Shown here piece after piece: positions 61,401-64,000 of a stretch of DNA of 64,000 nucleotides. Under the pieces are notes generated by a model, which was not told the origin of the DNA, did no database searches, and was given only the letters and a program-made list of their open reading frames with translations. Numbering within the stretch: position 1 is the first letter of the stretch; every line of letters begins with the position of its first letter. Origin of the DNA: Eutreptiella sp. 'Long Island Sound 2002' (taxonomy: Eukaryota > Protista > Euglenida); contig OZ038378.1 of assembly GCA_964036045.1 (NCBI GenBank), forward strand, positions 102,734,001 to 102,798,000, read 5' to 3'. Position numbers and translations under genes: made by a program.

Positions 61401-64000
61401 TAGCCAATTTGCCCACTTGTGGGCCACTTCTGATTTTGCCCCCCGCTCTGAAGCAGTGGGGCTCCCGGATACGGCAGGGGTGAGGTAGCCAATTTGCCCA
61501 CTTGTGGGCCACTCCTGATTTTGCCCCCCGCTCTGAAGCGGTGGGGCTCCCCGATACGGCAGGGGTGAGGTAGCCATTTCGCCCACTTGTGGGCCACTTC
61601 TGATTTTGCCCCCCGCTCTGCAGTGGTGGGGCTCCCCGAGACGGCAGGGGTGAGGTAGCCAATTTGCCCACTTGTGGGCCACTTCTGATTTTGCCCCCCG
61701 CTCTGAAGCGGTGGGGCTCCCCGATATAGCAGGGGTGAGGTAGCCATTTCGCCCACTTGTGGGCCACTTCTGATTTTGCCCCCCGCTCTGAAGCGGTGGG
61801 GCTCCCCTATACAGCAGGGGTGAGGTAGCCAATTTGCCCACTTGTGGGCCACTTCTGATTTTGCCCCCCGCTCTGAAGCGTTGGGGCTCCCGGATACGGC
61901 AGGGGTGAGGTAGCCAATTTGCCCACTTGTGGGCCTCTTCTGATTTTCCCCCCCGCTCTAAAGCGGTGGGGCTCCCGGATACGGCAAGGGTGAGGCAGCC
62001 ATTTCGCCCACTTGTGGGCCACTTCTGATTTTGCCCCCCGCTCTGAAGCGGTGGGGCTCCCCGATACGGCAGGGGTGAGGTAGCCAATTTGCCCACTTGT
62101 GGGCCACTTTTGATTTTGCCCCCCGCTCTGAAGCGGTGGGGCTCCCCGATACGGCGGGGGTGAGGTAGCCAATTTGCCCACTTGTGGGCCACTTCTGATT
62201 TTGCCCCCCGCTCTGAAGCGGTGGGGCTCCCCGATACGGCAGGGGTGAGGTAGCCATTTCGCCCACTTGTGGGCCACTTCTGATTTTGCCCCCCGCTCTG
62301 AAGCGGTGGGGCTCCCCGATACGGCAGGGGTGAGGTAGCCAATTTGCCCACTTGTTGGCCACTTTTGATTTTGCCCCCGGCTCTGAAGCGGTGGGGCTCC
62401 CCGATACGGCGGGGGTGAGGTAGCCAATTCGCCCACTTGTGGGCCACTTCTGATTTTGCCCCCCGCTCTGAAGCGGTGGGGCTCCCCGATACGGCAGGGG
62501 TGAGGTAGCCATTTCGCCCACTTGTGGGCCACTTCTGATTTTGCCCCCCGCTCTGCAGCGGTGCTGCTCCCCGATACGGCAGGGGTGAGGTAGCCAATTT
62601 GCGCACTTGTGGGCCACTTCTGATTTTGCCCCCCGCTCTGAAGCGGTGGGGCTCCCCGATACGGCAGGGATTGAGGTAGCCAATTCGCCCACTTGTGGGC
62701 CACTTCTGATTTTGCCCCCCGCTGTGAAGCGGTGGGGCCCCCCGACACGGCAGGGGTGAGGTAGCCAATTTGCCCACCTTTGGGCCACTTCTGATTTTGC
62801 CCCCCGCTCTGAAGCGGTGGGGCTCCCCGATACGGCAGGGGTGAGGTAGCCAATTTGCCCACTTGTGGGCCACTTTTGATTTTGCCCCCGGCTCTGAAGC
62901 GGTGGGGCTCCCCGATACGGCGGGGGTGAGGTAGCCAATTCGCCCACTTGTGGGCCACTTCTGATTTTGCCCCCCGCTCTGAAGCGGTGGGGCTCCCCGA
63001 TACGGCAGGGGTGAGGTAGCCATTTCGCCCACTTGTGGGCCACTTCTGATTTTGCCCCCCGCTCTGCAGCGGTGCTGCTCCCCGATACGGCAGGGGTGAG
63101 GTAGCCAATTTGCCGACTTGTGGGCCACTTCTGATTTTGCCCCCCGCTTTGAAGCGGTGGGGCTCCCCGATACGGCAGGGATTGAGGTAGCCAATTCGCC
63201 CACTTGTGGGCCACTTCTGATTTTGCCCCCCGCTCTGAAGCGGTGGGGCCCCCCGATACGGCAGGGGTGAGGTAGCCAATTTGCCCACCTTTGGGCCACT
63301 TGTGATTTTGCCCCCCGCTCCGAAGCGGTGGGGCTCCCCGAAACGGCAGGGGTGAGGTAGCCATTTCGCCCACTTGTGGGCCACTTCTGATTTTGCCCCC
63401 TGCTTTGCAGCGGTGGGGCTCCCCGATACGGCAGGGGTGAGGTAGCCAATTTGCCCACTTGTGGGCCACTTCTGATTTTACCCCCCACTCTGAAGCGGTG
63501 GGGCTCCCCGATACGGCAGGGGTGAAGTAACTAATTCGCCCATTTGTGGGCCACTTCTGATTTTGCCCCCCGCTCTGAAGCGGTGGGGCTCCCCGATACG
63601 GCAGGGGTGAGGTAGCCATTTCGCCCACTTGTGGGCCACCCTTGATTTTGCTCCCCGCTCTGAAGCGGTGGGGCTCCCCGATACGGCAGGGGTGAGGTAG
63701 CCATTTCGCCCACTTGTGGGCCACTTCTGATTTTGCCCCCCGCTCTGAAGCGGTGGGGCTCCCCGAAACGGCAGGGGTGAGGTAGCCATTTCGCCCACTT
63801 GTGGGCCACCTCTGATTTTTCCCCCCGCTCTGAAGCGGTGGGGCTCCCCGACACGGCAGGGGTGAGGTAGCCATTTCGCCCACTTGTGGGCCACTTCTGA
63901 TTTTGCCCCCCGCTTTGCAGCGGTGGGGCTCCCCGATACGGCAGGGGTGAGGTAGCCATTTCGCCCACTTGTGGGCCACTTCTGATTTTGCCCCCCGCTC
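58450..64000. repeat. 85-bp satellite array (about 65 monomers, runs off the window end) with higher-order repeats
   Basis: Monomer ccacttctgattttgccccccgctctgaagcggtggggctccccgatacggcaggggtgaggtagccaatttgcccacttgtggg. Period is 85 bp (e.g. cgatacgg at 60361 and 60446). Variant patterns repeat at 1786 bp. Confidence 0.98.

Noticed and set aside
58336-63979. Very long minus-strand ORFs (up to 1155 aa) in the satellite
   Set aside because: The 85-bp monomer has no stop on the minus strand, and because 85 is not a multiple of 3 all frames give the same cycling peptide. These are artefacts of the repeat, not genes.
58450-64000. CRISPR-like regular array
   Set aside because: Monomers are contiguous with no unique spacers and no cas genes, in a eukaryotic context. 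The same applies to the 96-bp and 102-bp arrays.

Overview
This is a repeat-saturated eukaryotic window with no intact host gene that I can recognise. A Euglena-type spliced-leader relic and a VIPER-like element point to a euglenid host (inference). The centrepiece is an apparently full-length non-LTR retrotransposon of about 13.9 kb on the minus strand (14619-29792). It is delimited by a 19-bp target-site duplication, a poly(A) tail and, at its 5' end, a copy of the euglenid spliced leader. Its decayed ORF1 (about 2,800 aa once a nested hAT insertion is removed) reads as a polyprotein with a ubiquitin-like domain ending LKGG, four related 2A/StopGo motifs, a RING finger, a zinc ribbon and a possible RRM. 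Its ORF2 has a fifth 2A motif followed by APE, RT, RNase H, a zinc knuckle and a long C-terminal extension. Other contents: hAT transposase remnants, a second decayed LINE on the plus strand, a gag-YR-RT-RH tyrosine-recombinase retrotransposon remnant, a spliced ParB-like pseudogene with a probable second homolog, a Ulp1-like protease fragment broken by an inversion, a PHD finger fragment, several tandem-repeat families, and an 85-bp satellite with higher-order structure filling the last 5.5 kb. All family assignments are by-eye motif recognition; no database searches were run.
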